Shown here: one piece after another, positions 15,001 to 30,400 of the stretch
Numbering within the stretch: the first letter of the stretch is position 1
Layout of the letters: each line of letters starts with the position of its first letter
NCBI GenBank assembly: GCA_964016885.1
Contig: OZ024740.1
Location: forward strand, 411,556,001 to 411,620,000
DNA length: 64,000 nt
Source of the DNA: Eledone cirrhosa
Lineage: Eukaryota
Direction: 5' to 3'
The notes under the pieces: model-generated
What the model was told of the DNA's origin: nothing
The model's database searches: none
The model's input: only the letters and a program-made list of their open reading frames with translations
Position numbers and translations under genes: made by a program

Positions 15001-17617
15001 GTTCCAGGCCCCCGCTAAAAGTAAAGGGCGAGACGTACCCAGAAAGGCTTCCAGGCGTCTAAAGAAGTCCGGCCGTCCTGCCCCAGTAGGAGCATAGACG
15101 GCCACCAGTCTAAAGGCACCACCTTCATTATTGTTCACGTCCAGGACCACCAACTTCCCGTCCGGGTCCTGGAAGATCGACCTTACCTCGAGATCCAGGC
15201 CTTTCCTAAACAGCACTGCCACCCCGCCTCCGATTCCCGGCCGGCTAACAGATGCAAAGATCTGATAGTCGTCGAAAATGGGGGCTAGTGCGCGCGTGTC
15301 GGAAACCCTGGTCTCGCTGACTGCAATTACATCCATTTCTATAGACCTGAGGTCGTTGTTGAGCAGGTGACCGTACTTCCAGGACGATCCCAGGCCTCGA
15401 ACATTTAAACATCCTACTCTTAATACGGCCATGTTGGCAGGTTAAACAGAGAGAGAGGCAGGTTTACTTACCTTCCGGGCTCTTGTGAAGGTCGGGTTGT
15501 TCGACCTCCATAGTTGGTGGGGTTTCTTTTGGGAACCCCTTTAAAAGTCTTGAAGTGTTCGGGGTTCCCACGTCCCGAGGAAAGCTGTCTCCTATTTCTT
15601 TGAATATCTCGAACGACATTCGCACCCGAACCAAATCTTCCGGTACGCGAAATGTGCTCGATTTAAAAAATTCCCCCTCTTTTTGTATATTTTCACTTCG
15701 TGCTACGAGGGCCATCAGTTCCTTGTTGGCCCTCCTGACGAGCACGAAATTCTGTATGTTTTGTTGGTGTGATTTTATTTGTTTGCGTGGCTATGGTGGT
15801 GATGGCTTTGGTGGTGTTGTTTCGGGTGTATCTGTGTTTGTTGTGAGTGCGGTGTCTGTGGTTTCAGATGTTTGTGTGTATATTTGTTCTTGCGTCTGTT
15901 TCGGTTATTTGCGTTTGGGGGATTCTGGTGATGGTGATGGTGGTGTTGATGTTGGTGTTATCGGAGAGATCTTTGCGTGGGTGGTGTCTGCGTTTTTTAT
16001 CGTGGGTGCTTTTGTGCTTTGTTGATTTTTTTTTTTCTTTTTGTGTTTCCTTTTTTGTATTTTTGGGGAATTTGGATTTCCCTCATTTTCACTACTGGTA
16101 GATGAGGTGTATGTGTCTGTAAGTGTGTCTGTATGTATGTTTAAAGTTTTATTGGTGTGTGTATTTTTGGGGGGAGGGGGAATTTGACAGCTTTCCTCGT
16201 TTCCCCCCTGGGTGGTCAATGTTGGTGGTGGTCTCTCTATTGGTGTTGTTGTTGGTGGTTTTGCCGGTGCAGGTGTTGGTTGTGGTCCTCGCCCCGGCGT
16301 CGGCAGCAGTGGAGCCTTTCGACCCCTTGCCTCTTTCAGCAGTTGAGGGCAGAAGGCTCGCAAATGGGTTTTTCCCCCACAAACAAAACACTGCGACCAT
16401 TTGCCTTCGGTCATAATGTGAATGACAGTCCCATTTGAAGGCGGATGTGGTCTGGGATTGTCTTCAATTTCTCGGGCCTGATCTGGAGAAGGATCTTCAG
16501 GTCAACCCCGGACCAGTCCTCTCTGGCCGTTCTGGTCACTTCTATAGGGACTGTATCCGTCCCCTCCACAATCACACATCCTAGAAGCCACCACATGTCA
16601 AGTCCTGGTGGGATTCTCGGAATGCCGATACGGGCCGTTCTTTTTCCCATGTGGGAGGGGTACATTATGACCTTGCTGGTTTTGTAAGGAATCATAGTGT
16701 GTTTAATGCGAGGGCTTCTGACTTGAACAACACCGAAATGGTGCCGTAATGTCTGCCCCTCTCTATGTACTGGGTGTCTTCTCTGATGCACCTCAGCGCG
16801 ACTTCGTCATCTTCTTGTGGGATTAACGCTGCCCTTTTGGTTTGTGCTGAGATGCATCTATAATGCACCGTTTTGCGATCCACTGCCTCAATAGCTTCTA
16901 CCGGGACAGTTAAGTTGGCCCAAGTTTGCTCTTGCTTGATGAGCTTCCATGCCTGGGCCAACTTTTCATCTTTGTTTGAGAGGTCCATGTTGAAGCATGG
17001 CCTCTTTTTTGCTGCTGCCGCAGCGAAAGTGGTCTTCTTTTCGTTGGGGGTGTTGTTGACGTTGTTCTTGTTGGTGTTGTTGTTAGAACTGTCGCTGTTA
17101 TCATTGTTGTCTTTGTTGCCACCGTTGTTCTTGGTGCAGTTTGTATTGTTTGTGTTTGTGTTGTCGCTATTTGTTTTCATGTTAGTGGTGTTGATATTGT
17201 TGTTGTTATTGTTATTTCTTTTTGTTATCTGTATTTTCGTTGTCGCTGTTACTGTCATTTTTTTCAAAATTAGAGTTCTTATTGGTGTCTTTGTTTACCT
17301 TGTTTGTGGTGGTGTTTGTGTTATCAATGTGTGTTAATTTCGTTGTAGCGCTCCTCTCAACTTCTACGTCGTTGTCGCACGACAGCCGACATATCAGTGG
17401 GGGCGTGGCTCAGCCATGTTTTTTTTTCTTCGTAAATTTTTTAACATGTAAAAAAAAAGTTCAAATATTTGGGCCAAAAGGCCCAAATATTATGCTTTCC
17501 CCTTCACGGGGCAAAGTCTAAGGGCTTATATCCCTTACACAACAAGAAATATTTAACAACAAATAATTTAAACATGCAAATAAAGAGTCTTACTGTGAGC
17601 GAGCAAAATACGTCCGC
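12097..17617 (-). mobile_element. Near full-length L1/Tx1-clade LINE, copy 1 (frameshifted; 3' UTR missing)
   Basis: 5' UTR ~17617-17418. ORF1 from ATG 17417 with N/T-rich region and CCHC knuckle CFVCGGKTHLRAFC. ORF2 from 15432: APE (LNVRGL, SET, SDH), RT (KSPGLDG, LDQSKAFDRV, QGCPLS, YADD), C-terminal CPRC..ETVLH..C. Confidence 0.95.
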
Positions 17618-17624
17618 TTAGACC

Positions 17625-20600
17625 AATAATAATAATAATAATGCTTTCTTTATTAACCACAAGGGTTTACATAAAGTAGACATTAAGGACAGTACAGGAC
17701 AATACAGGATGGTACAAATGGGCATTTCTGCGTGTAAAAAAAAAAAAAAAGATGTAATAAAAAATAACAATGAAAGATTCCTCAATAGGGGGGAGACTTC
17801 CGAGGGACATTTGTGGAGAAAGCCCATTAAAAGGCCACAGTGACCCTGACCACGAGGGCAAGTGCCCTCTCCCAGTTTTCCACCCTTTAATTTACAGACA
17901 CATACTCAGAGTAGGCCCATTCACTCGGGCCATACTTGCTTCTCTCACCCATCTTTCAACAAAATGCTGGGAAAAGAGCACTTCCCTCTCTACCCTGATT
18001 TTCCTTTTCAAATGAAATTTGAAAAAGTTAATCAGGGCATCACCGAAAAGGTAAGTGCTCGTCTTCAGCCTTTTCAAACGTGTCCACCATACTATCTCTT
18101 TCGCCATGGCCACCAGACATAACAACTGCCTGCCCTTCCCGGCTAAAGGAAGCGGGCGGGGCAATCCTCACGATGGACTCCGCTGATAGCTGGATCCGTC
18201 CTACACGTGACAGCAGGTGTTCGACATAAATCCACAAGTCAGCAATGCTCGGACACTGGACGAGTGCGTGCAGGAGGGTTTCGTCGCCCTGCGCGCTTCT
18301 CGGACATGCCCGGCTGACGGCACCTCCATGCCTGTAGAGTTTATCCCGAACTGGCAAAGCTCCTCGGTAGCACTGCCAGGCCAGGGATTTCTGGAAGTTG
18401 TCCATAGGCCCTGGCCCGAAAGTCCTTCCGAAGAGATTGGCTAGTTGATTTTCGTCGACGCCTAGAGTTTCTCCAAGTACGTCGTCGCTCTTCCCCTCCA
18501 CTAATCCTCTATAGAACGCCAAGGTGGAGTTTCCACCGATCACATTGCCAGATTGGTCGAGGGCTGTGAGCGCCTGAAGACATTCCAGTCTCCAAGCGCT
18601 CCCTCTCGGTCTTCGCTTGACCCAGGACTGCAGCTCCGTCAAGGAGACGAGCTGGGGAAAGACCCGTCTAGCAAACGGAGACCACACCTGATCACCGCCG
18701 AGGAAGAGGTGGAGATGTGGTAGCCTGAGCGCGTGTCTGCGCATCGTCAGCCACGGCATGCCCAGCCTTCCACGTAGCGGGTGTTGACAGCAGATGGACC
18801 GCCTGACCATCGGAGCGCGTCCCTTCTACAAAAAGCGAAAGAGCAAACGCTCCAACACAGTCAGGCGGGGCCTAGGACAAGGTACGATGGTAAGGCGGGA
18901 GTAGATGACGGACGCGATGTACGCGTTGGCCACCTCCGTTCGACCTTTCAGGGATAGCTTCCTCTCGGCCCATTTCTGGGTGAGAGAAGCCACCCTGCTC
19001 GTCACCTCGTCCCAGTTTTTGTCCGTCTGGAGGTCCTGACCGAACCAGACCCCTAGCAATTTAACCGGTCCGTCCGTCCAGCGTCCGACGACGCTGTTGG
19101 ACGGCATGGACCTGCCTCTCCAGCTGCCGAGCTGCAGGTCCACTGACTTTTCCTGGTTGATCATTGCTCCGGTCACCGCTTCGTATTCTCTGAGTGTAGT
19201 GCCGATATTAGTGTAGTGACATCGTCCGCATATGCTGACACGGATCTTCCGCATCCTAGTTCGCGCGTCCCACCTCAACGTCTCCAGTTTGTGCAGTAAT
19301 GGCTCGAGAGTCAATACGTACAAAAGGGACGAGAGGGTACATCCTTGGAGGACCGAGCGCATGATGTTGAACGGTTCCGAAAGGTGACCGTTCACTCTCA
19401 CCACAGAGCAGATGTCGCTGTGCATGGAAGCGATCCAGCCTCTGAAGACGGGCCCAAAGCCAGCCGCCCTCAGGACTGCCGCTAGGTAACGATGGTCGAC
19501 CTTATCGAACTTTCGACTGATCTAACTTGATCAAGGACCCACCCGTGCCAGGTTCCCTAGCTACCCTCTCTACGATGTATCGCATGAGGTGGAGGTTTCG
19601 TGGATGGATCTGTCGGGAATGGCGCACGTCTGCGTCTCTTCCACCAGACCACCAACGACAAGCGCCAACCTTTTTGCTAGCAATTGGCCAAAATCTTGAA
19701 CTCTGTGTTTAGCAGAGTTATGGGCCTGAAATTATCTATGTTATCCCCCTTGTCCGGATCCTATCTCAGCAGCGCCACAGCTCCTTGGCTCACAGAGCTG
19801 GGAATTCTCCCGTTCTGTTGCCAGTTGCAGTAGACGTCCGCCAAGAGGCTTCCGAACAAGTCTAGCATCTGTACGTAAAGTTCATAGGGCAGACCATCCA
19901 AACCAGGCGATTTACCCCTTTTGCAGCCAGTCATTGCCTCCCTTACTTCAGCGGCTGTTATCCGCTTTTCGCAACACTCCGCCTCAATGGCCGAGAGCCG
20001 CGGCAGTCCGTCGAGGTAGACACTAAAGTCCATCCCTCGACCCGGCCCACCGCTGCCCCCGAACAGCTGAGTGAAATGTCGCAGAAAAGCTTCACACATT
20101 TTCCCGGGATCGAGTAGCATGCGCCCGTCGTGGTCCACCAAAGATCGGATCGTGGCTTTGTTGCCACGATGCGCCTCCGCCACTCGGGCCCATTGAACGG
20201 CTTTCGTCCCCTCGTGTCTGAGAGCACGCACCCTAGCTATGTCAACGCAGCCTTCGTGCTTTGCATTGAAGAATTGGTCAAGGGCCAATTTCGCCGCAAG
20301 TACGTCTGTCGCGATGCCTTTGCTAAGCGCCTCGTCTAATCTTTTAACTAATTCTCCCTCTGCTCTATTTTTCTCTATTGCTAAAGCCTTACTAAACCTA
20401 ATGGACTCTATTCTAATTGCTCTTTTCAGAGCAAACCACCACTTGTTGTTGACGATGGCCCCCGTCAACGCCCGCTTAACTAGTTCGCTAATCCGGTCTC
20501 TGTAGGCCTTGCTCGCTGGTAAGGACGCGTTTAGCTTCCAGTAGCCGGGTCTTCGTCTATGAAGCCTATCTAAGTCAAGCACACAGATCACGGATTTGTG

Positions 20601-21580
20601 GTCCGTGTAGCTGACTATCTTGAATTTTGGACAGCCTATGCTAGACTTATCTATTTCCCTACAAAATACTCTATCTAGATATGATCTGGATGACCCTATG
20701 CGATTTGTCCAAGTCCACATTGGCACATTCGGGAAATCCAATCGGTACCTGTCCGACAGTTCAAAACGCCTGAACAGGTTGGTGAGGCTTTTGCTCCCTC
20801 CTCCCCTATCCGCTGATCCCATACAGTCCCAGCGTGCATCTAAGATCCCGTTCCAGTCGCCCACTAACACTAAAGAGCGGGACGTTCCAAGAAAGGTCTC
20901 CAGACGCCGGAAGAAATCAGGCCGCCCTGCTCTTGTCGGGGCATAGACGGCCACTAGCCTGAAAGCTTGCCCGTCTCCGCTGGTCACGTCTAGCACCACC
21001 AACTTACCTTTTGGGTCCAGGAAGATGGCCCGTATGGCGAGATCCAAACCTCTCCGAAGAAGCACAGCAACCTCCCCCAGATCCCGGGTGGCTGGGAGAT
21101 GCGTACACTTCGTAGCCGCCGAAGAACGGTGCGAAGGCCCGTGCTTCGGAGATTCTGGTCTCACTGATGGCCACTACATCTATGTTTAGTGACCTGAGGT
21201 GGTTGAGCAGGTGGCCGTGCTTCCATGACGACTCCAAGCCACGCGCATTTATGCTGCCTATTCTGAGTGAGGTCATGTTGAAATGGAGTGGAAAAGATGG
21301 GAAAGACCAATTACCTTACTTCTCGTTGAGGAAGGATGGTTTCTCCATCCTTTTCACTGCTTGTGGCCTCCTCCGGAAGGATGTCCTTATTAATCCTCCT
21401 GGAGAGTGTTTGTCGGAAGTCTCCGATGTCTTTGGAGAATTTTTGTTTTAGTGCCGTGTACGTTTTCTGTGTGATGTGTGTGGAGGCGGTGTGAACTTTT
21501 GGGTTGTTGTGTAGTCTTTTTCTGTGATGCTGGTGTTGTGTTGGATGTAGTGTAATAATAAATACTTGTTGTATTGTTGT
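17625..21580 (-). mobile_element. L1/Tx1-clade LINE, copy 2 (5'-truncated within ORF1 end, frameshifted ORF2)
   Basis: ORF2 fragments 21276-17892 homologous to copy 1. 3' UTR ends CTTGTGGTTAATAAAGAAAGCA(TTA)n; 5' end abuts (TA)n. Confidence 0.95.
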
Positions 21581-21662
<82 letters not shown>

Positions 21663-21668
<6 letters not shown>

Positions 21669-21870
21669 GAAATGATCCAGGAGCCCGACGGGATCATTAT
21701 ATAGTGAAACGCACTCACTGTTTGGTTTGGCTTTTACTTTAGTATATTATTATATTTATATATAATTTCGCTGACAATCAATGTTTATCAAACCGATAAT
21801 CATTGATTGAACAACATTTAAAAATATAAATATAATTATAGTTTCTCAAACTTCTTTCGTCATACATATT
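21663..21870 (-). repeat. Dispersed repeat fragment, probably a PLE terminus; related to 23950-24170
   Basis: Shares CACTCACTGTTTGGTT, AATGTTTATCA and TTCTTTCGT with 23950-24170; starts at (TA)n. Confidence 0.45.
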
Positions 21871-21904
21871 TGTGTAATCCAATAGACACACCTGGTTAAG
21901 TGTT

Positions 21905-22100
21905 TAAATAATTGTCTCTACTTTAGGCACAAGGCCAGAAATTACCCAGTGCATTACTGGTACTTTATTTTATCGACCCCGTAAGGATGAAAGGAAAAGT
22001 CAACCTCGGCGGGATTTGAACTCAGATCGTAAAGGGACGTAACTATGCTGGAAAGCATGGCGTCCGATCTTCTACCGATACTGCCAATCCACGCCCTTAA
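21905..22100 (-). mobile_element. tRNA-derived SINE with Meta-like central domain
   Basis: B box GAGTTCAAATCC, then GAGGTTGACTTTTCCTTTCATCCTTACGGGGTCGATAAAATAAAGTACCAG; several copies in the window. Confidence 0.8.
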
Positions 22101-22994
22101 GTGTTTAAATAATGCTTCATATTTTATTCGGACTTCCACCAATATAACCTACTCCTGTATGGTGTTATTCATGAAATCATATTCGTGTTCAGGTAGTTTA
22201 TTTAGAAGTTCTCGCAGGAATTTTCCTCAGAACTATTTGAATGTTGTAGCATTTCTGTCCTTGTTGAGTTTAGTTAATCTGTTAGAGAGCGAATGCCCAG
22301 TTGTGATGAAGCAATATTAATGTTGGTATGTGATGCGAGCTCAATTTTAGTAGATACCTATGGCAATGGGCCCAAGCTTTGACTGATGTCGCATAATTTG
22401 AGAAATATTGACATAAATGATTGTGGCGCTTATGACAGATAGATGTGAATATGGGAAAAGAAACTGAACGGTAGGAGATACGGTTTGTGTATTGTGCAGA
22501 TTCGCTCAGCTGTATTGTTTGGAATGTTGATTGGTCCGGGTGAGCGTTAGTTGGGATGGTGTAAAAAGGATGCATTGCCAGGTGTCCGTAGACTTGAAAT
22601 GTATATTTGTTTTAAGTTTTATGTTTATTTTTCTTATTATTATATCTAAGAAAATAAATTAGTCGTTACTGAAAAAAATCACTGAAAACGATAGTGACGA
22701 ATACAAAGTTGCACACCATATCTAAAGCTCCAGATGCGAGTAAATGCAAGCGGCCAACATAATTCAATATATTTATTATATATAAAGGTTACCATGAGCT
22801 CTATATTGGCCAAACAAATCTACGCATACAAAAGAAGATGTCGCTTCAGCGTCAGAGTGTTAGCAAACTGTGCAACGGAAATATTATAGTAAATTAATAT
22901 ATACAGAGTTGCAGTGGATGTGTTTGCCAAATTTCAACCTCTTTCAAGGTGACGATTTGACAATCAATCAAAAAAATATTAATACTGAAGAAAA

Positions 22995-23192
22995 TATATA
23001 AATGGAAAAAATGAAACGAAATTTCATTTCTCACTCTTAGTACGGCTGTTACTTAAATATAAGTATGTATACGTACATACATATATGTATACCGACGTAC
23101 AGTAGTATATATATATATATACATACATGTGTGCATGTATTTATATATATATACATACTACTGTACGTCAGTATACATATATGTATGTACGT

Positions 23193-23258
<66 letters not shown>

Positions 23259-23910
23259 ATATAAGGGTGAAAGCAGCGATTCTTTGCTTCAATTTTAATC
23301 TGTTATTTTAATAAATAATATATATATATATATATATACTGGATAGGGTGTGGTGGAAAAATACCACGGGGACCATAACCCACCAGAGTACCCGATGTTT
23401 GGGGTAGTAGAGCGGGTAATATGAGTGGGTAACATGTAGTGATCTAGCTGTCAAAACCACTGGAACCTAGCCGCCGGAGTCCAGAATCTTTTCTTAGATA
23501 TATATATAAATATACTCATATTATCCGCTCTACTACCCCAAACATCGGGCACTCTGGTGGGTTATGGTCCCCTGTGTATTTTACCACCACACCCTATCTA
23601 GTATGTATATATATATATATTATTTATTAAAATAACAGATTAAAATTGAAGCAAAGAATCGCTGCTTTCACCCTTATATTACTATATATATATATATATA
23701 TATATAAGTATGTATGCGTACATACATATATGTATACCGACGTACAGTAGTATGTATATATATATACATACATGCACACATGTATGTATATATATATATA
23801 CTACTGTACGTCGGTATACATATATGTATGTACGTATAATACTTATATTTAAGTAGCAGCCGTACTAAGAGTGATAAATGAAATTTCGTTTCATTTTTTG
23901 CATTTATATA
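22995..23910. repeat. ~900-bp composite palindrome built from ends of three PLE-type families
   Basis: A(22998-23200)-(TA)n-B(23256-23318)-(TA)n-C(23338-23427) / C'(23513-23603)-(TA)n-B'(23620-23682)-(TA)n-A'(23707-23905). Confidence 0.9.
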
Positions 23911-24209
23911 TTTATATATATATATATAATTATATATATATATATTGTTATACTTGGGGAGGGTCATATTGTTGTAATAATATTGCCAGAAATAATAACA
24001 GAACACACTCACTGTTTGGTTGGTTTTCGCTTCTGTAATTTTATATCTCCAGTTAATTCATTCGGTCCTCAATGTTTATCATTAACTGACCAACGTTAAA
24101 AATACATATATAAACTCATATATAGTCTAACAAAGTTCTTTCGTTGCATATCTGCAACATCATCATTGGTACTATTTTGTTCCTCCTGTTGTATTGTATG
24201 TCTACGCCA

Positions 24210-24951
24210 TTTTTATTTTATTTGTTTATCTATTTATTTATTTTTGTCTTCTTCTCTACGCATGCGTTTGCGTGTGTGTATAGTGTTTGGTGTGTGTGTT
24301 CGCGTTTGGGTAACTCTACTAATAGAAAATATGTTATATGTAAATTAAACCCCCAGATAAACAGTAAAACTAGAAATGTAGTCTATAGCATGATATGTAT
24401 AGAGGGTACTTGCAGAAACATGACAACAAGATACATAGGCGAGACAGCTCGTAGCATAGGAGAAAGGATAGACCAACACTGGGGAGAATTAAAAAGGCGA
24501 AAAAACGGTTCAGTACTATACGAACACGCCAGTCAACATCATGACGGCAACATAGACAACATAAAAATTAAAATAATATCTAAACATAGAAATGACCCAG
24601 CAGGTAGGCAAATCAGAGAGGCAAGCGAAATAGAGCTTAGAAAGCCAAAGCTAAACAGAAAAAATGAATGGAATAACAACAACACCCAAACAAACAATAA
24701 TGACTTAAGAGAAATATAAATAAATAAATATATACACAAGCACAATAACAACAAACACATATAATCACACACTAGTAAACTAAAATAGAATGCAATAAAC
24801 AAAACAGTCACCAAATGCGAACACACACAGCAAATACTATACACACACGCAAACGCATGCACAGAGAAGAAGACAAAATAAATAAATAAACAGATAAAAT
24901 AAACCCGATGGGTTTGAAACAGTGGGAGCTCAGTCGTCGGGGTTCCGAGAT

Positions 24952-24955
<4 letters not shown>
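24210..24955 (+). mobile_element. Truncated PLE with GIY-YIG C-terminus and short inverted arm
   Basis: NVVYSMIC..RYIGETARSIGERIDQH..SVLYEH..RQIREASEI..LNRKNEW (24330-24719). 24210-24312 is the reverse complement of 24808-24903. Confidence 0.85.
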
Positions 24956-25018
<63 letters not shown>

Positions 25019-27123
25019 TGTATGGGGGGGGGGGTATACAAAGAAAGAAGAGGGAAATGATGAATAATATCTAAACTATAATAAAGTAAGGAGCGCGGGA
25101 CTGCGTACAGTTTATATTTTTTAATCCCATTAGTAAAATAAGTTGGATTACTTTGAATAAATAATGAATGAATATTCCATAATTTATCTACTAAATTTCG
25201 TGGCTGTTCATAAAATATATGTTATTACTTATTTAAAGTTTCACTTCTTTAAAATGTTCAAATGTCAACACTTCCGGTTAGCGGTCGCTTAAATAAATAT
25301 TCATATATTTCTGTCACTAATTTTCTCCTAATGCAGTTTATATATAATATCGTCTTTTTTAAAATGTATTATGGATTACGTTACTGATTACAAAAGAGAG
25401 TGTAACGCAGTCTTCGTTCAATTTCTGTGTATATTGTCATTTCCGATTTTATTTGATGTATCATATCTACATGCATGTATACTTGCGTATAATATCAATA
25501 TACATACTACACATGCTAACAGAAAACCACCCGAGTGTGGTTTTTCTGCTAGTATATATAATATAGGTATGCATAGTATGCATATTTATATATCATTACG
25601 TTTGGAAACAACTTCTACGTAGCTATAAGTACATTTTATGCTATTCACCTGTCTTCCAAGTTATATATGACTGTGTATATTATAGTGATGGCAGTCTTCC
25701 TGGGAACAATATTTTGAAGATATGTTATTGTCTAAAACAATAAATATTTTTCCCAGGTGTTTGATATACCAGCTGTATATGTAATAAGTCAGTATTAAGT
25801 GCAAATCACTAAAAGCACAATATTATGACTTAGTCGCATCATTAAAGGTCTGTCAGAATACCAGTTACTACATATTTCTACTAAATGATAGCATGTTTAT
25901 ATTAGGAAGGGGTATACTTTTTACAGTAAAGAAAATAATGGTATATCAGATTCTAAATTGAACACGTAGTAGAAATGTAATGACTATTGCTTTATGATAG
26001 TTTAGTTTGAATTTGTCTTTGAAATGTTCAAATATTATGTAGACAATATTTATAATTATGTAAACAATGTTTATAATTATGTACATATAACAGTTACATG
26101 TATGTCGTGTTTCATATTGTGTAAATATTCCCTGCAGCAAGAGGTATTCTTTAATTAAGAAAGTAACGTATAAGAGAAGTTGCCATCTAGACAGCTTGCA
26201 GCTTAATACATTTCTTTATGCAATCCAACCCATTTTGTAATACTACTATAGAAGAAACATAGCATTATTGCCGCAAATGGGTATGAATCTATGTTTTGTT
26301 TTGAATTTATATTTTATGATATATTTTATTTTGCCTTTGTTTAGTTTATTGATATTATTATTGACATACTTCTTACTACAATGCTTTCCGTTATATTTCG
26401 ATTTGATTAACATTTCCTTAAAAGCAATGCTTCATTATAGAATATGATTCCAGCAAAATTGAAGATTCAAATTTAATATTAAAATGTTCTTCATTATTCT
26501 GAGAATATATTCGAGAAAATAGATTTTATAGTTTCATTTTAAAAATCATTTTTTCATAAACGTATGTTAATAAAGCGATTGTTACGTTCAATGTGTGTTA
26601 AAAGAACAGGTTTTGAAAAACAAAATATGCCAGTAAGCAGCGACTGCTCAATAATGACGGATTCTTTTCATTTAGATTCGTAAATTGTTCCGTGTTTTAA
26701 GCTGTAAATATGCAAACATCAAGCCGTTAATTGACAATTGAAGTTAAGAACGTTAATAATTAGATGTTATCACTCCCTAAATCCACTACAAATGAATCTT
26801 TGTTAAAGGATGGAAAGATTATAATTTCACAGATCATAAAATTGGTACCTTGGAATCTACCAATACCCAACCACATGTAAAACTAATTATTTGGATCTAA
26901 TTATTATGACATAGCAATGCTAATGTACACTTATATACAATTACTAGAATTCAGTTCAATGTTTTCCAAAATTAGATATACCGAATTAGAATACGAACGT
27001 TCTTTTGTTATGGGGAAAATAGTGAATGATGTGTATACAAAATACACACAAATACAAACGCACACATACACACGCACATGCACACACGTACGTATATACA
27101 TATATACATACATATATACATGT

Positions 27124-27164
<41 letters not shown>

Positions 27165-27690
27165 TTAAAGGGTATATAGATATAAACTAGACACTGATTT
27201 TTTGTGTGGTTGATTTATGCTGATTGGGAGAAGAAATAGTGTATATATTTTATCTAACGATTCTATGATAACATCTGGCGGGTATCATGGAAGAAAAATC
27301 TTTGTCCAATTGAGTTATCTCCTGATGATTTCCAACCTCGTTGATTTATCCAAGATGGGATATATCCAAAAATAGAATGAAACCGCCGGGGGTAGAGATA
27401 TTGTGATGATTTTGGTAGGTTTATATACATTTTTTCTTCTAACTTTGATTTTGTACCTAATTATGTATGGTTAACTATATGTATAGTCAATTTCTACAGG
27501 CTATCAGAAATACTGGGTACATTTTGTGTAGCTATGAGTCGCGCATAAGAAGCTATATCATTTATCTATTGTTTCTTCATAAGTATATTTTAAACTTATA
27601 GCCTCGTTCAAATGATTTTTTGAGTGGTTGATTTATGGTGATTGGGAGAAGAAATACTGTATATATTTCATCTAATGATTCTATGGACTT

Positions 27691-27727
<37 letters not shown>

Positions 27728-27729
<2 letters not shown>

Positions 27730-27921
27730 TAGAAAAGGGAAGTAAGATTCTATACAAAACAGTGGATATGGAGAAAAGGTGAAGTTAGAAATAGCACGGA
27801 AAATATATTTAAGGGTCTGTTTTTCTTTTTTTTCTTTTTTATCCTGTCTTAGATGATAAAAAGAAATGATAAAAAAAGAAAAACCGACCCATAAATATAT
27901 TTTCCGTGCTATTTTAAACTT

Positions 27922-27930
<9 letters not shown>
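27728..27930 (-). mobile_element. Small hairpin element with unpaired tail, between microsatellites (PLE-type remnant)
   Basis: 27772-27842 inverted to 27866-27930; ~45-nt extra tail on the left; flanked by (TA)n and (TC)n. Confidence 0.6.
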
Positions 27931-27968
<38 letters not shown>

Positions 27969-27975
27969 TCTCTAT

Positions 27976-28086
<111 letters not shown>

Positions 28087-28177
28087 AAAGGTAAACAGAA
28101 ATAACAACACAATCGGTACAGTATATGGAAAGTAGGTTAACGCTTGATATAGCAGGAAGAGGGCCTTATCGTTTAGA

Positions 28178-28210
<33 letters not shown>

Positions 28211-28224
28211 TATATACATATTAA

Positions 28225-28490
28225 CTGGCACATCGTGGGTTACGATGACAAGGGTTCCAGTTGATGTGATCAACGGTGGAGTATGCTCGGGAGATTAAAG
28301 AGCAAGTTGCTGTGCGAGAATCAGTGTAAAACGATTTGCAAAATGGATGGCCATTTACATTACACCTAATTGTTGCCAGCTGATTAAAGTTGAGCAACGT
28401 TAAGTAAAGTGTCTTTCTTATAGACACAACGCGCCGCCGTAAATCGAACTCGCTACCTCACAATCCTGAGCCGAATACATTCACCAGTAA
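28225..28490 (-). mobile_element. Degenerate tRNA-derived SINE
   Basis: GAGTTCGATTT B-box-like; GACACTTTACTTAACGTTGCTC shared with the 41975 family. Confidence 0.6.
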
Positions 28491-28506
28491 CTGTATATGT
28501 ATATGT

Positions 28507-30345
<1,839 letters not shown>

Positions 30346-30369
30346 TGTATATATATATATATATATAGG

Positions 30370-30400
<31 letters not shown>

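Noticed and set aside
17464-17492. Histone 3' stem-loop resemblance
   Set aside because: Stem and flanks do not match the consensus and no histone gene is present.
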